A stretch of 63,364 bases of DNA, counting the filler, from Octopus bimaculoides (taxonomy: Eukaryota), in assembly GCF_001194135.2 (NCBI RefSeq). It is 8 parts of 6 records of this genome, joined end to end, with 100 filler letters (N's around TTAATTAATTAA, not from the genome) between each part and the next. Parts side by side here need not be neighbours in the genome. Positions count along the whole stretch, not along the records: positions 11,246 to 17,228 come from NC_068995.1; positions 17,329 to 23,517 come from NC_068986.1; positions 23,618 to 29,445 come from NC_068985.1; 5 more parts are not named here. One strand, 5' to 3'. Under the pieces are notes generated by a model, which made no database searches, was not told the DNA's origin, and saw only the letters and a program-made list of their open reading frames with translations. Position 1 is the first letter of the stretch, and each line of letters opens with the position of its first letter. The translations under genes were made by a program, and so were the position numbers. Shown here one piece after another: positions 13,737 to 25,985 of this stretch.

Positions 13737-15134
13737 GGTTAATGGCAGTTTTTAAGCTTTTAAGTCCTGCAGAAGGTGGTTTTCGTTTGAGACTGAAAAG
13801 CTGCTTTTTCAGGTCGATAAAACGGGATGTTTTGTGGTTTGTCCTCTGCATTTTTTTTTTTGATAGTATTTTTATTGCAAATTTTTTTTGTGTGTTTCTT
13901 CTGCTTTGTGTTGTGTTTCGAGGGAGATGGGTTGTTGGTTATGATGGAGGGGAAAGGCGTGGGGAGGAGGAGGAGGAGGACTTCAGCGATGCCCTTAATG
14001 GCGTGTCGTGTCGTTCTATACAGTTGTTTAGATAATGTGCGAAACACTTTCAGCATTATCACTGCTGTCGTTGTTGCTGTTGTTGTTGTTTTCTGTGTAA
14101 GAAACGCATTACCGCGTGCAAGTTGAGGATTTGTCCAAATTTCATTTCACACTGTCGTCATCAAAGACCAGAAATTTCTTCACCCGATATTTATCAATTG
14201 AGCACTTAAAAATTGGCGGATAACAAAAAAAAAAAAAAAAAAAAAAAANNNNNNNNNNNNNNNNNNNNNNNNNNNNNNNNNNNNNNNNNNNNNNNNNNNN
14301 NNNNNNNNNNNNNNNNNNNNNNNNNNNNNNNNNNNNNNNNNNNNNNNNNNNNNNNNNNNNNNNNNNNNNNNNNNNNNNNNNNNNNNNNNNNNNNNNNNNN
14401 NNNNNNNNNNNNNNNNNNNNNNNNNNNNNNNNNNNNNNNNNNNNNNNNNNNNNNNNNNNNNNNNNNNNNNNNNNNNNNNNNNNNNNNNNNNNNNNNNNNN
14501 NNNNNNNNNNNNNNNNNNNNNNNNNNNNNNNNNNNNNNNNNNNNNNNNNNNNNNNNNNNNNNNNNNNNNNNNNNNNNNNNNNNNNNNNNNNNNNNNNNNN
14601 NNNNNNNNNNNNNNNNNNNNNNNNNNNNNNNNNNNNNNNNNNNNNNNNNNNNNNNNNNNNNNNNNNNNNNNNNNNNNNNNNNNNNNNNNNNNNNNNNNNN
14701 NNNNNNNNNNNNNNNNNNNNNNNNNNNNNNNNNNNNNNNNNNNNNNNNNNNNNNNNNNNNNNNNNNNNNNNNNNNNNNNNNNNNNNNNNNNNNNNNNNNN
14801 NNNNNNNNNNNNNNNNNNNNNNNNNNNNNNNNNNNNNNNNNNNNNNNNNNNNNNNNNNNNNNNNNNNNNNNNNNNNNNNNNNNNNNNNNNNNNNNNNNNN
14901 NNNNNNNNNNNNNNNNNNNNNNNNNNNNNNNNNNNNNNNNNNNNNNNNNNNNNNNNNNNNNNNNNNNNNNNNNNNNNNNNNNNNNNNNNNNNNNNNNNNN
15001 NNNNNNNNNNNNNNNNNNNNNNNNNNNNNNNNNNNNNNNNNNNNNNNNNNNNNNNNNNNNNNNNNNNNNNNNNNNNNNNNNNNNNNNNNNNNNNNNNNNN
15101 NNNTGCTTGTCTGGCATCTACAGACAAGTTTCAG

Positions 15135-15176
<42 letters not shown>

Positions 15177-15214
15177 GTTTAAATTTCCAAACACCGAAAC
15201 AATTCTATATAAAC

Positions 15215-15330
15215 CATCTTTTGCAAGTTTTACATTCAAATTCATATCAGATATATTGCCCCCACCCGCAACTCCAGCCATTGTTGCAATTTCCTTGATG
15301 TCATTGAGTTTCTGAAGGCAGTGAACGTCG
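15215..15330 (-). CDS. Candidate exon (DVHCLQKLNDIKEIATMAGVAGGGNISDMNLNVKLAKD)
   Basis: Acceptor gatgtatttacag|, donor GATG|gtttat, 116 nt, open from phase 2 to phase 1. Confidence 0.45.
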
Positions 15331-16575
15331 CTGTAAATACATCAACAGCACATGAAGTGCAGTGAATTCGTGTCTTGAGATATTAAAACAACGAATGGAC
15401 AGATTAAGGGTCTCTCTCTCTATCATGGCTGTGCGGTTAGGAAGTTCATTTTGGGACCTGTAGGTCCCTGTTTCCATCTCACTGCACGGAACCTTGAAAG
15501 AGTATTTTCTTCTGCAGCCTTGGCTTGGCCATTACGTTGGTAGTGGATTTTATAGTCGGTGTTGTTTGTCTTGTATATCTCTTTGCCTCTCACATCTTAT
15601 CCATCTGACAATTAGAAAACGATAAAATAAATAAATACCAGGTTCTATACGATTTGCGAAAATCTTGAAAACGGTGCCCCAGCATGGCCGCAGTCCAACG
15701 ATTCAAATGAGATAAACACGTTAGAGGATGTGACGTTACGTCATGTGATTCTAGAAAACCAGTTTTAATGCTACCAACGTAATTTGCGAAATCGAGCTCG
15801 GAAATAAAAACACGAAGAGAGCAAACGAATTGTTAAAAACAAGAACATAGACAGATATGGCTAACTGTGGTTAGTTCCGGTCTTTTACCAGACAAGTTTC
15901 TAATTTACCCTTTTTTTTCTTCTTTTTTCTTCCTTTTCTGGTCGGAATTTGTATTTCAATGGAAATTTGAAGAAATAGATGAGTGAAGGCTTGTTGCTTG
16001 ATGAATAAAAGAAGGGATGGGTGGTGTTTCGGCCAGGCTATCAAAAGTTTATTTATTTTTTTGATATGGTTCATTGTCAGCCTTTTATACACTGTTGGAA
16101 GTCTGGTTTTTGTGTGCATTCGAGCGTGGCACTCAGCCTGAATGCTCTCCCCTGTATTATCAGTCACGTTTATGCAAATGTAAATATATACAGTGGTTTG
16201 TAAATACAGCGGGGTGTCAAAAGTTGCATAAAGATTTTAAAAATTCAGATTTATCTTCTGTTTATTATAAAGTTTAGCTCGTTGACCAGGGTTCCATATT
16301 TGTTTTTCAGAATTGTTATAGCTCTCTTTCTCTCTCTTTTTCTCTTTCTCTCTCTCTCTTTCTCTGCTCGTTGGTTTAACATTTATTGGAGCTGAAACTT
16401 TGCGTCTCTTTTACTCTTTTACTTGTTTCAGTCATTTGACTGTGGCATTGCTGGAGCACCGCCTTTAGTCGAGCGAATCAACCCCATGACTTATTCTTTA
16501 TAAGCCTAGTACTTATTCTATCGGCTGGAGTGGTCACAGACTCTTAATGGACACCGCTTCTGACACTGAACATAC

Positions 16576-16694
16576 TGCACAGTGTTCTCACCAATATTCC
16601 AAGACCATAAACACGTGGGTCTCATTATTACCCCATATTTCCAACGTAAACCACACTTCACTTTCGATTCCATAAGCGTTTCAATGGAAGATGT
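16576..16694 (-). CDS. Candidate exon (TSSIETLMESKVKCGLRWKYGVIMRPTCLWSWNIGENTV)
   Basis: NAGNAG acceptor ctctgatagcag|, donor GCA|gtatgt, 119 nt. Only the phase 0 frame is open; it ends in phase 2, matching the 15330 exon. Confidence 0.45.
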
Positions 16695-16754
16695 CTGCTA
16701 TCAGAGAACGGATCGTTGACGGCATCGTCATTGTCGTCCCCACCACAGCCATCG

Positions 16755-16786
<32 letters not shown>

Positions 16787-16843
16787 GTAGACAACATCAG
16801 TAGCGTAATACACAGATGATGATGGTGATGGTGATGATGGTGA

Positions 16844-16877
<34 letters not shown>

Positions 16878-17490
16878 GGTGGTGGTGGTGCCAGTAAAAG
16901 AGATTTTGATGTTTTGTTGAATCACTTCAGGGCAATTCTGATTTTATAACCCAAGATATTAATAAGTATGTAAACCTTAAAAAAGTAAAATGGGAGTTCG
17001 AATGAATACGCGCTCTCTTTATGCGTCTGTACGCCTTACTTCTCTCTCTCTCTCCTTTCTTTCTCTCTCTCTCTTGTATGTGTGTGTGTATATTTCGTGT
17101 TTTATATATTTGTATTAAATGATTTTGCGTGTGCGAATTATACATACATACATACATACATACATACATACATACATACATACATTGCTTCTCTCCGCAT
17201 GTCAGTTATTATTTTTTAATCCCCCCCCNNNNNNNNNNNNNNNNNNNNNNNNNNNNNNNNNNNNNNNNNNNNTTAATTAATTAANNNNNNNNNNNNNNNN
17301 NNNNNNNNNNNNNNNNNNNNNNNNNNNNCTGTTCGAATTTACCTCCTCCTCCTCCTCCCCCCCCTCTCCTCTTGTAATTTCAGCGTTTCACTTTTATTGA
17401 CCTTCCATGACCTCGCAACATATCAAGATGTATTTTTAGATCTCAATCTCTCTCAAGAAGTAGTTTTCTGTCCCACTGTGTTATCAGATA

Positions 17491-17533
<43 letters not shown>

Positions 17534-18677
17534 TCTCCTCTCGATCTGAGAGTCTCTAAATTTTCCAAATTCACAAGCTTCGGCTTTGTCCTCCAAATTT
17601 CTTAGACTTTTCGTTTCGGTTGTTAACTTCTCATATTATAGAAGCTCATTGTATCACGTGACTTGATTTTCTTTTCCCTTTCCTTTCTTCTTTCTGCTAC
17701 ATTTATCTACCAATTCCTCGGTTATTTTATCTTCAATTCCTCACTGTTATCAAAAGTTTCAAATGTAGAGAAAGCGTCAACTTTTCCATGACTTCTGCTC
17801 TTTTAAACATCTTCTATGAATCGCCTTTGTCTGCAATTCCTTAACTCATTCCATGCAACTCAAATATTTCATAGCACTTTTGCCAATTCATCCTTCGGTT
17901 TTCTATCGAAGGAATTCAAATGATTTATTTTCATTATTTTTACCACATCTGATATCTAACGTCAACACGTTTGTTGTTGCTATTATTGTTGTTGTTATCA
18001 TCCCCCCTCCTCCCCTCTTCTTCTTCTTCTTCTTCTTCTTCTTCTTCTTCTTCTTCTTCTTCTTCTTCTTCTTCTTCTTCTTCTTCTTCTTCTTCTTCTT
18101 CTTCTTCTTGGCAAGGCAATTTTCCTATGCCTAGTGGCTGTAGCGAAAGAGGTGATATGGTGGACCCGTTTGAAAGGGTTAAAGACNNNNNNNNNNNNNN
18201 NNNNNNNNNNNNNNNNNNNNNNNNNNNNNNNNNNNNNNNNNNNNNNNNNNNNNNNNNNNNNNNNNNNNNNNNNNNNNNNNNNNNNNNNNNNNNNNNNNNN
18301 NNNNNNNNNNNNNNNNNNNNNNNNNNNNNNNNNNNNNNNNNNNNNNNNNNNNNNNNNNNNNNNNNNNNNNNNNNNNNNNNNNNNNNNNNNNNNNNNNNNN
18401 NNNNNNNNNNNNNNNNNNNNNNNNNNNNNNNNNNNNNNNNNNNNNNNNNNNNNNNNNNNNNNNNNNNNNNNNNNNNNNNNNNNNNNNNNNNNNNNNNNNN
18501 NNNNNNNNNNNNNNNNNNNNNNNNNNNNNNNNNNNNNNNNNNNNNNNNNNNNNNNNNNNNNNNNNNNNNNNNNNNNNNNNNNNNNNNNNNNNNNNNNNNN
18601 NNNNNTAACCTTCGTCCTGTCTTTGTCCTTATATGTCTTTAATTGATATTAGCCCTTGTGGCCAATAAAACGAATTA

Positions 18678-18727
<50 letters not shown>

Positions 18728-18734
18728 CATTATT

Positions 18735-20560
18735 GCCTTTGCACAGCTTCTAGCGCTGGAGATTTACTACGGTGTCAGCTGTTCACTACCAGTGAACTAA
18801 GGTGACACCTCTTATTTTTCGAGTACCTTCCAGAGTATTCGAGCGGTTCCAAGCAGTTCTGTTTTCTGCAAGTACTCCACCCTTATTGCAGCCCCTATTT
18901 GTTCCACGTACTTCTCAAGATTTTTGCTCACTGTTCCCAGGGCTCTGACAATTATTGGTACTACTGCTACCTTTTTCATCGACCACAACTGCTTAACTTC
19001 CCAATCTAACCTGTCATATCTCTCGACTTTTCTTTCTTCCTTATCGCATACCTTGTTGTCAGCTAGGGATGCTATGTCTATGATCCAACACAGTTTGTTT
19101 TCTTTCTCGATTAAGACTATGTCCGGCTTCTTATTCTCAATCTCATGGTCGCACTGAATCATAAAATCCCATAGGATCTTTGCATTTCTATTTTCGACAA
19201 TGCCTTCAGGTTTGTGGTCGGACCAATGTTTTGCTCTGTCAAGTCCATACTTGTGGCAAATGTTGTCCAATTGACAAGCCTGGCTATATTGTCGTGGCGT
19301 CTCTTATATTCCTTCTGGGCTAGTGGCGTACATTGGTTGGTAATATGCCATACGGTTTCACCGTTTTGTCCACAGATTCTGCACTTATCACTTTCTGCTG
19401 TGTTGTCTATTCTGTATTTTATGTAGTTTGGTCTTAGCGTTTGCTCTTGGGCAGCACAGATTAGAGCCTCCGTTTCCGGTTTTAAATTACTTTTAGTCAT
19501 CTACAGCCATATTTTTTCTCAGTCTGTCTTATCTTCAACATCTCTATGGAATTAACCATGCATTCTTTTCTTTACCCACCTATTTTCAGTTTCATTCGTT
19601 TTCAATTTCTTGTATAGTGCTTTATCTTTGCAATCTTTCATCCAACACAAGCCNNNNNNNNNNTCTTGTATAGTGCTTTATCTTTGCAATCTTTCATCCA
19701 ACACAAGCCTGACCGTCTTACTTCTAATAATAGCGGTTCTGCGGCATTTTTTACATACCATACTATGTTGTTTTCTTATTCTCTAGTGCTGTGTTCGCAT
19801 CCAATAAGTCCTCTTCCTCCTCTTTTTCTTGGTACATACAGTTTGTCAGTGTCACTTTTTGGGTGGAGTGTCACATGTCTAGTTAGCAACTTCCTTGTCA
19901 TTCTGTCTAAGCTGTTTAGTTCGTCTACTGTCCATGCGATTACCACTGCTCCATATCTAAGGACCGAAACCGCCCAGGTGTAGACAGCTTCGATCTTATT
20001 CCGTCCGTTTAATTTCGACTTAAAGACCAGTCTCAGTCTGCGCAAGTACTCCACCTTAAATTTTTCTGCCATTTCTTTCACCATCAATTTATCTCATTTC
20101 CAATATCCTCAAGTCCTTATAGCCCGTCTCTTCTTTCTGTTTCATAACCTCCACCGACGGTATTGTTAGCCTGTCCATTCATTTGATTTTGCCTCTCTTC
20201 AAGACTAACACACCACACTTTTTCAGTCCGAACTCCATTCTGATGTCAGCACTGAAGGTATACACCGTATCAACGAGGGAACTGGCATGGGCTTCATCTT
20301 TACCATGAAGTTTGAGGTCATCCATGAATAACAAATGGTTGACTTTTTGCTGGCGGCTTTTGAATACATACCCAGCCTTTGCTTTCCTCAGAATCAGTGT
20401 TAGTGGTATCAAGTACAGTACAAAGATCAGCGGGGACAGGCAGTCCCCTTGGAAGATGCCCCTCCTGATTTCTACTGTCCCTCAGCTTCTTCCATAAGCT
20501 GTCAGGTCTGTCCTCCACTTCATCATACTTTTTCCAAGTAATCCGCTCAACATTCGATGC
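18735..20560 (-). mobile_element. 5'-truncated Dong/R4-clade RLE non-LTR retrotransposon flanked by (TAA)n
   Basis: RT motifs GIFQGDCLSPLIF and HLLFMDDLKL, zinc knuckle CRICGQNGETVWHITNQC, RLE motif KPDIVLIEKENKLCWIIDIA. (ATT)n tracts at about 18677-18734 and 20562-20593. Confidence 0.9.
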
Positions 20561-20561
20561 A

Positions 20562-20594
<33 letters not shown>

Positions 20595-20595
<1 letters not shown>

Positions 20596-20828
20596 TTAGT
20601 CAAGACGAAGAGCGCGATTCGATTGTAATAGAAGCTCTACTGAGCATTCTATTCCAATCTCCTTCAATCATTTGTCTATATCTTTACTCACAATTCCCAA
20701 TATACCAATTATTACAGGCACAACCTTTACAGTTTTCATATTACAAATTCTTGCAATTTCAAATTTTAAGGGATTGTATTTTTTTTTTAAATTTTCATCT
20801 TTCTTTGTGATCCTAGAATCAAACGGAC
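20595..20828 (-). mobile_element. 3' end of a second, divergent Dong/R4 copy in tandem
   Basis: KYNPLKFEIARICNMKTVKVVPVIIGILGIVSKDIDK*LKEIGI aligns with the C-terminus of the neighbouring element. ATT repeats on both sides. Confidence 0.75.
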
Positions 20829-20992
20829 ATGATGGAAAGTATTATTATTATTGTTGTGGTTGATGCTGTTATTGTTCTTGCTGTTGTTTGGTTTATGTCA
20901 GGCCAGACCTTATCGACCCGTGATTCCAGCCACGACTATTCCGTTTTTCTCAGTGCAGTTTATATCACAGTATCCAATATATTCTTTCTCAC

Positions 20993-21152
20993 GTGCATCA
21001 ATCCACCTGGAACAACAGCATTGAAATGTGTGGGTCCTTCTATAAAAGCGATGGGATTTGCAGGATATTTGGTTGCTATTTCTAGCAGAGCAAGCCACCA
21101 TACACAGGTTGCCTTTTCCTCTCGATGGTTCCATATATTCACAAGCTGTTGG
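20993..21152 (-). CDS. Candidate exon (QQLVNIWNHREEKATCVWWLALLEIATKYPANPIAFIEGPTHFNAVVPGGLMH), or a mostly 5'UTR first exon starting at the final ATG CAC
   Basis: Possible acceptor cctgttatag|, donor CAC|gtgaga (phase 0), 53 open codons, immediately downstream of the CRE/X-box cluster. Confidence 0.3.
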
Positions 21153-21178
21153 CTATAACAGGCTTAGCCAAGTATTGA

Positions 21179-21290
21179 TGACGTCACAAGCAATCCTACT
21201 CGTGACGTAAAAAAACTTATTAACGATAAACATTGATTGAGGGTATTAAAGTGGGAGTCATAGTAACACAGATGTTGCTATGGCAACAAC
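21179..21290. promoter_or_regulatory. Promoter-like cluster: palindromic CRE, variant CRE and RFX X-box
   Basis: TGACGTCA at 21179-21186, TGACGTAA at 21203-21210, GTTGCTATGGCAAC at 21274-21287, plus a degenerate half-box catagtaac just before it, all in non-repetitive sequence. Confidence 0.55.
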
Positions 21291-21706
21291 TAATTTATTT
21301 CCCTAAGTTTAACTGACAAATGTTTGTTTTAGCATTCTCCAGCAGCCATTTGGACTAATTATGATAAAAACTTACACGTTGTCTTCGTTCTAGTCAATAT
21401 AACGGTGACAAGAAATTGTTACAAACTGAACGAACGGGCCATTTTTATGTTTTTTTTTTCTTTTTTAATTTTTTTCAAGTGGCAATCTCTGGTTTTAAGT
21501 ACATAGAACTGTGGAACTGATATCGAAAGTAAATCAATATGGGAAAGGGCAAAAGTAGACATGGCTATCCCGAGTAAACGAAACGAATACGTAAATATTT
21601 AAAATTTAGTTACTGAATATCATTATTGTAGATTCCTCTTTTTAATTACTTCACAGCGGAAATACTTTAAATTTTATTAAGCTTGCACCATAGGAAAGAA
21701 AACATA

Positions 21707-22117
21707 TACTCTTTAACTCTTTTACTTGTTTCAGTCATTTGACTGCGGCCATACTGGAGCACCACCTTTAGTCGAGCAAATCGACCCCAGGACTTATTCT
21801 TTAGAAGCCTAGTACTTATTCTATCGGTCTCTTTTTGCCGAACCGCTAAGTTACGGGGACATAAACACACCAGCATCGGTTGTCAAGCGATGTTGGGGGG
21901 ACAAACACAGACACACAAACATACACACATACATATATATATATACATATATACGACGGGCTTCTTTCAGTTTCCGTCTACCAAATCCACTCACAAGGCT
22001 TTGGTCGGCCCGAGGCTATAGTAGAAGACACTTGCCCAAGATGCCACGCAGTGGGACTGAACCCAGAACCATGTGGTTGGTAAGCAAGCTACTTACCACA
22101 CAGCCACTCCTGCGCCT
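21707..22117 (-). mobile_element. CORE-type tRNA-derived SINE (composite)
   Basis: tRNA-like head (gtggctgtgtggtaag...ggttcagtccc) and CORE-like cttgggcaagt. Near-identical copies at 25133-25498 and 44880-45470. Confidence 0.85.
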
Positions 22118-22319
22118 ATTTATATATACATATAAATTTGACATGGGCGATTCTTTCTTGTCTTGGGATTCACGGTCAAACGATTTGGTGGAATTGCGCG
22201 AAAAATTACACAGGTGTGTAGAATGATCCGGTGGTAATTCTGGGCTTTGTATTTTTTTCCTAGCTCCTATGGTTACCAAGATAATCTACTATAATAATAC
22301 TCTTGTGTTTATGAATGAG

Positions 22320-22465
22320 AAAGGAAGGGGTGATAGATGAATAAGGAAGGAAGGGGTGATAGATGAATAAGGAAGGAAGGGTGATAGATGAATAAGGAAG
22401 GAAGGGGTGATAGATGAATAAAGGAAGGAAGGGGTGATAGATGAATAAGGAAGGAAGGGGTGATG
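22320..22465. repeat. ~26-30 bp tandem repeat (aggaaggaaggggtgatagatgaata), about 5 copies
   Basis: Directly visible tandem units. Confidence 0.9.
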
Positions 22466-23337
22466 TCATACTTGGTAGTGGGATAATGAAACAATAAATC
22501 AAACAGCGTTTCAACTCTGTGTGAATATATATGTGTGTGTGTGCGCGCGCGCGTGCAAGTTAAGTGGGATGGTTCATCTTTGTTCGCTTAGTATTTGGGT
22601 TTATTTTTTTATTTGGTTGAATCTTGGTTGTTTTTTTTTTGTTTTTTTTTTTTGTTGGCCAGTTCGTCGGACAGTTTTGTTAAAGGAAATCATCCCCTTC
22701 AGACAATAGCGAAACCTAAACTTCTGCTGCCAAAACTAAAGAATATGTAGATTTTCGAAGTGGTACCTTTTATTTGCCCAGCCCCCAAAGCTAACGTTAG
22801 TCAACCCTCATCTCTGTTTCCTGATCAACCTATTGTGGTTCTTTCTGATGTGAAAACATTGGATATCATGAAAACCACGTTTTTGATAAATGCATACACC
22901 GTTAACACATCCTGTTATTCATTTCTACATCGTCAGTTCTTTCCAGCAAACAATAGCGAAAGTTATTGAATTTAAAACAACCAGATTTGTCTCTTATTTG
23001 TCTAAAAAAATATTAGTCAATTCCTAATATCATCTTTAGACATGTTAATCTCGATGATAAGATAAATAAAGTACCCCAGGAGAACTAAAATCGTGTGTTT
23101 TTTGTTGTTGTCCTATTTTTGTTTTATTTTAAGGCTTTGAAGCAAAAGTATTTGATATATAAATATATAGATGTGTACGTGCCGAAGGCAAATTATTTCG
23201 ACTGATGAGGTATAAAACTATAAAGTGCTCAAGAAGTAGGTGAAATTAGGATATTCAGAGATGTGACATTAGCGGGAATAATAGGTGTTGAACGTATTTT
23301 ATCTGTGTGTGTGCGTGCGTGCATGTGTGTGTGTGTG

Positions 23338-23376
<39 letters not shown>

Positions 23377-23994
23377 GTGTGTGCGTGGGGTGAATGATGA
23401 CGAAGAGGTTCGATGAAGAGGTGAAGCACCTACTGATCTGGTGATATATTAATGCGTCGGACGATTGCAGCACAATTAAACAAAGCTCTTTATTGCAATA
23501 TGCAACCTATAACACACNNNNNNNNNNNNNNNNNNNNNNNNNNNNNNNNNNNNNNNNNNNNTTAATTAATTAANNNNNNNNNNNNNNNNNNNNNNNNNNN
23601 NNNNNNNNNNNNNNNNNTATATATATGAAGAGGTACTTTATGATGAAATGGGTATGGGTGGGCTGTCTTTGATAAGTTCTGACCTTAGGTTAATCCATAA
23701 CAGCAACAATCATAGAGAGGCAACGAAAGAACCTGTGCCAGTAATAGCAGCCAACATCCCTCAAATCATACTCTTTCGCAGTGATTCCCAACGTGGGACA
23801 TACGCCCTACCAGTGAGGCCTAGGATCCAATTTTTTCTTTCTTTTTTGTTTTTAGTGACACATGGAATTGTGAGATTCTTTTCACAGCAAACATACTACA
23901 CCTATGCTCTGCCTCGTCAAACCATTTCGTCCAGTTAAGCTTAATGTGTGAAGACTGCTACAGTATAGAGATATTCTAATGTCCTGGTGTGAAT

Positions 23995-24460
23995 ATTTCT
24001 TTCAGGAGAGTATATAATTATAAAACTGATTTCAAGTTTTGGCACAAGGCCGGCAAGTTCTGGGGAGTGGGTAAATGGATTACGTCGACGCCAGTGTTCA
24101 ACTGGTATTTTTGTTATCCATCCCTGAAAGTATGAAAAGTAAAGTCGACCTCCGCAGAATTTGATCTCAGAACATGAAGACGGACGAAATGCCACTAAGC
24201 ATTTCGCCCGGCGTGCCAACGATTCTACCGTTCGCTGCCTTGTAATAATTATAAAATACTGATTTCTAATTTTTGCACAAGGCCAGCAAGTTCGGGGCAG
24301 GGGACTAAGTTCAACTGGTACTCTTTTTATCGACCCCGAAAGGGATGAATGGCAAAGTCGACCTCTGCGGAATTTGAACGCGGAACGTAAAGGCGGATAA
24401 AATGCCGCTAAGCATTTTACCCGTCGTGCAAACAATTCAATCTGTTCGCCGCCTTATGTA
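23995..24460 (-). mobile_element. Tandem partial copies of a tRNA-derived SINE
   Basis: Repeated reverse complement of ggcgagctggcaga...gagttcaaattccgccgaggtcgactttgcc...ggggtcgataaa. Confidence 0.75.
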
Positions 24461-24851
24461 ATTATAAAATATTAGGAACAAAGTTGTTTTTTCTTTTGCC
24501 AATCACCTGTGGGGCATTCATTTTTTCTGGAAAGTTATAGCGGGGCCTGGGAGAAATTAAGCTGGGAAACACTGCTCTATCGTATTTTTTGAAGAAAGGA
24601 CACATTCGACGATATAAACTTTGATTTACAAAAATACGTAACATGGGATGGTCACGGTTAGGATAGACGCTATTGATAATAGGTTGGCTCAATCGGGGCT
24701 AACGTGAGAACAAAACACGGCCATCGCCAGTAACAATAAAGAACTCCCACACGCAGCACCTGCGCTATCATCGTCGCCGACGCCGTCGTCGCAGCCGCCG
24801 TCACTACTACGATAAATAATCAGCACATGTACGACTCCACCTCCTCACGTT

Positions 24852-24923
<72 letters not shown>

Positions 24924-25132
24924 TACTACTACTACTACTAACAACAACAACAACAGCAACAACACCTAGCTATACGGAGCAGGTGTCTCTTTGCGCCTCG
25001 CTTAAGGGCTGAGTTTTCTTTCAATCTCACTTTCTCTTTCTCTCTCTCTCTCTTCCCCCTCTCTCTCTTATTCCTTCCCTGTTGCTCTCTTCCCGTTTAA
25101 TTTGCTTCATCACATCATCATCATCATCAGTT

Positions 25133-25498
25133 ACCAACCACATGGTTCCGGGTTCATTCCCACTGCATGGCACCTTGGGCAAGTGTCTTCTACTATAGCC
25201 TAGGGCCGACCAAAGCTTTGTGAGTGGATTTGGTTGACGGAAACTGAAAGAAGCCCGTCGTATATATGTATGTGTGTGTACGTGTTTGTGTGTCTGTGTT
25301 TGTCCCTTCCAACTTCGCTTGACAACCGATGTTGGTGTGTTTACGTCCCCGTAACTTAGCGGTTCGGCAAAAGAGACCGATAGAATAAGTACTCGGCTTC
25401 CAAAGAATAAGTCCTGGGGTCGATTTGCTCGACTAAAGGCGGTGCGCCAGTATGGCCGCAGTCAAATGACTGAAACAAGTAAAAGAGTAAAAGAGTAT
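25133..25498 (+). mobile_element. CORE-type SINE copy
   Basis: Reverse complement of the 21707-22117 family sequence. Confidence 0.85.
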
Positions 25499-25926
25499 GT
25501 AGATGCAGGTAAATGTCTTGCTCAATTGTTCTGAACCTCCAGATACTACACTCCGGGTAATTCTGCTGCATCTCAAAAAAGATGCTGCTCCTGCGGCCGA
25601 TGCATCTAAAGGCAGTTCTGCTGCTACTGTACCTGAAAGTACTCCTGAGAGTACAACCGCTGCATCTGAATGTTTTCTTTTGCTTCTACTTGCTGCGTCT
25701 GGAAGAAGAGACCTTTACATCTTCCTCCCAAGAGAGCGGTTAGCTTAGTGCTATTAATGTACCGGTTCGACCTGTCGCAGGTCAGCACCTGCAAGACATG
25801 AACAAGGAGAAGATTCTGAGGTGGAAAGCGGCTGGGTTTAGAGCCAGGTGGGGTGTTGGATACAACAACATAGCTGACGATAAGGGGAGAGAGAGAGTGA
25901 GAGAGAGAAATGAGAGAGATGAGAGA

Positions 25927-25985
<59 letters not shown>

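Noticed and set aside
13700-14210. Minus-strand ORF-like text after a T-run acceptor (CSIDKYRVKKFLVFDDDSVK*...)
   Set aside because: Every frame is broken by stops and is low-complexity; no consistent exon could be built.
11812-15281. Long ORFs in the track spanning N-runs or (CA)n/(TA)n/(TTC)n tracts, here and throughout the window
   Set aside because: Open only because gaps and simple repeats contain no stop codons.
19610-19705. Direct duplications flanking 10-N gaps (also about 40505-40600 and 44990-45350)
   Set aside because: Unmerged contig overlaps, i.e. assembly artefacts.
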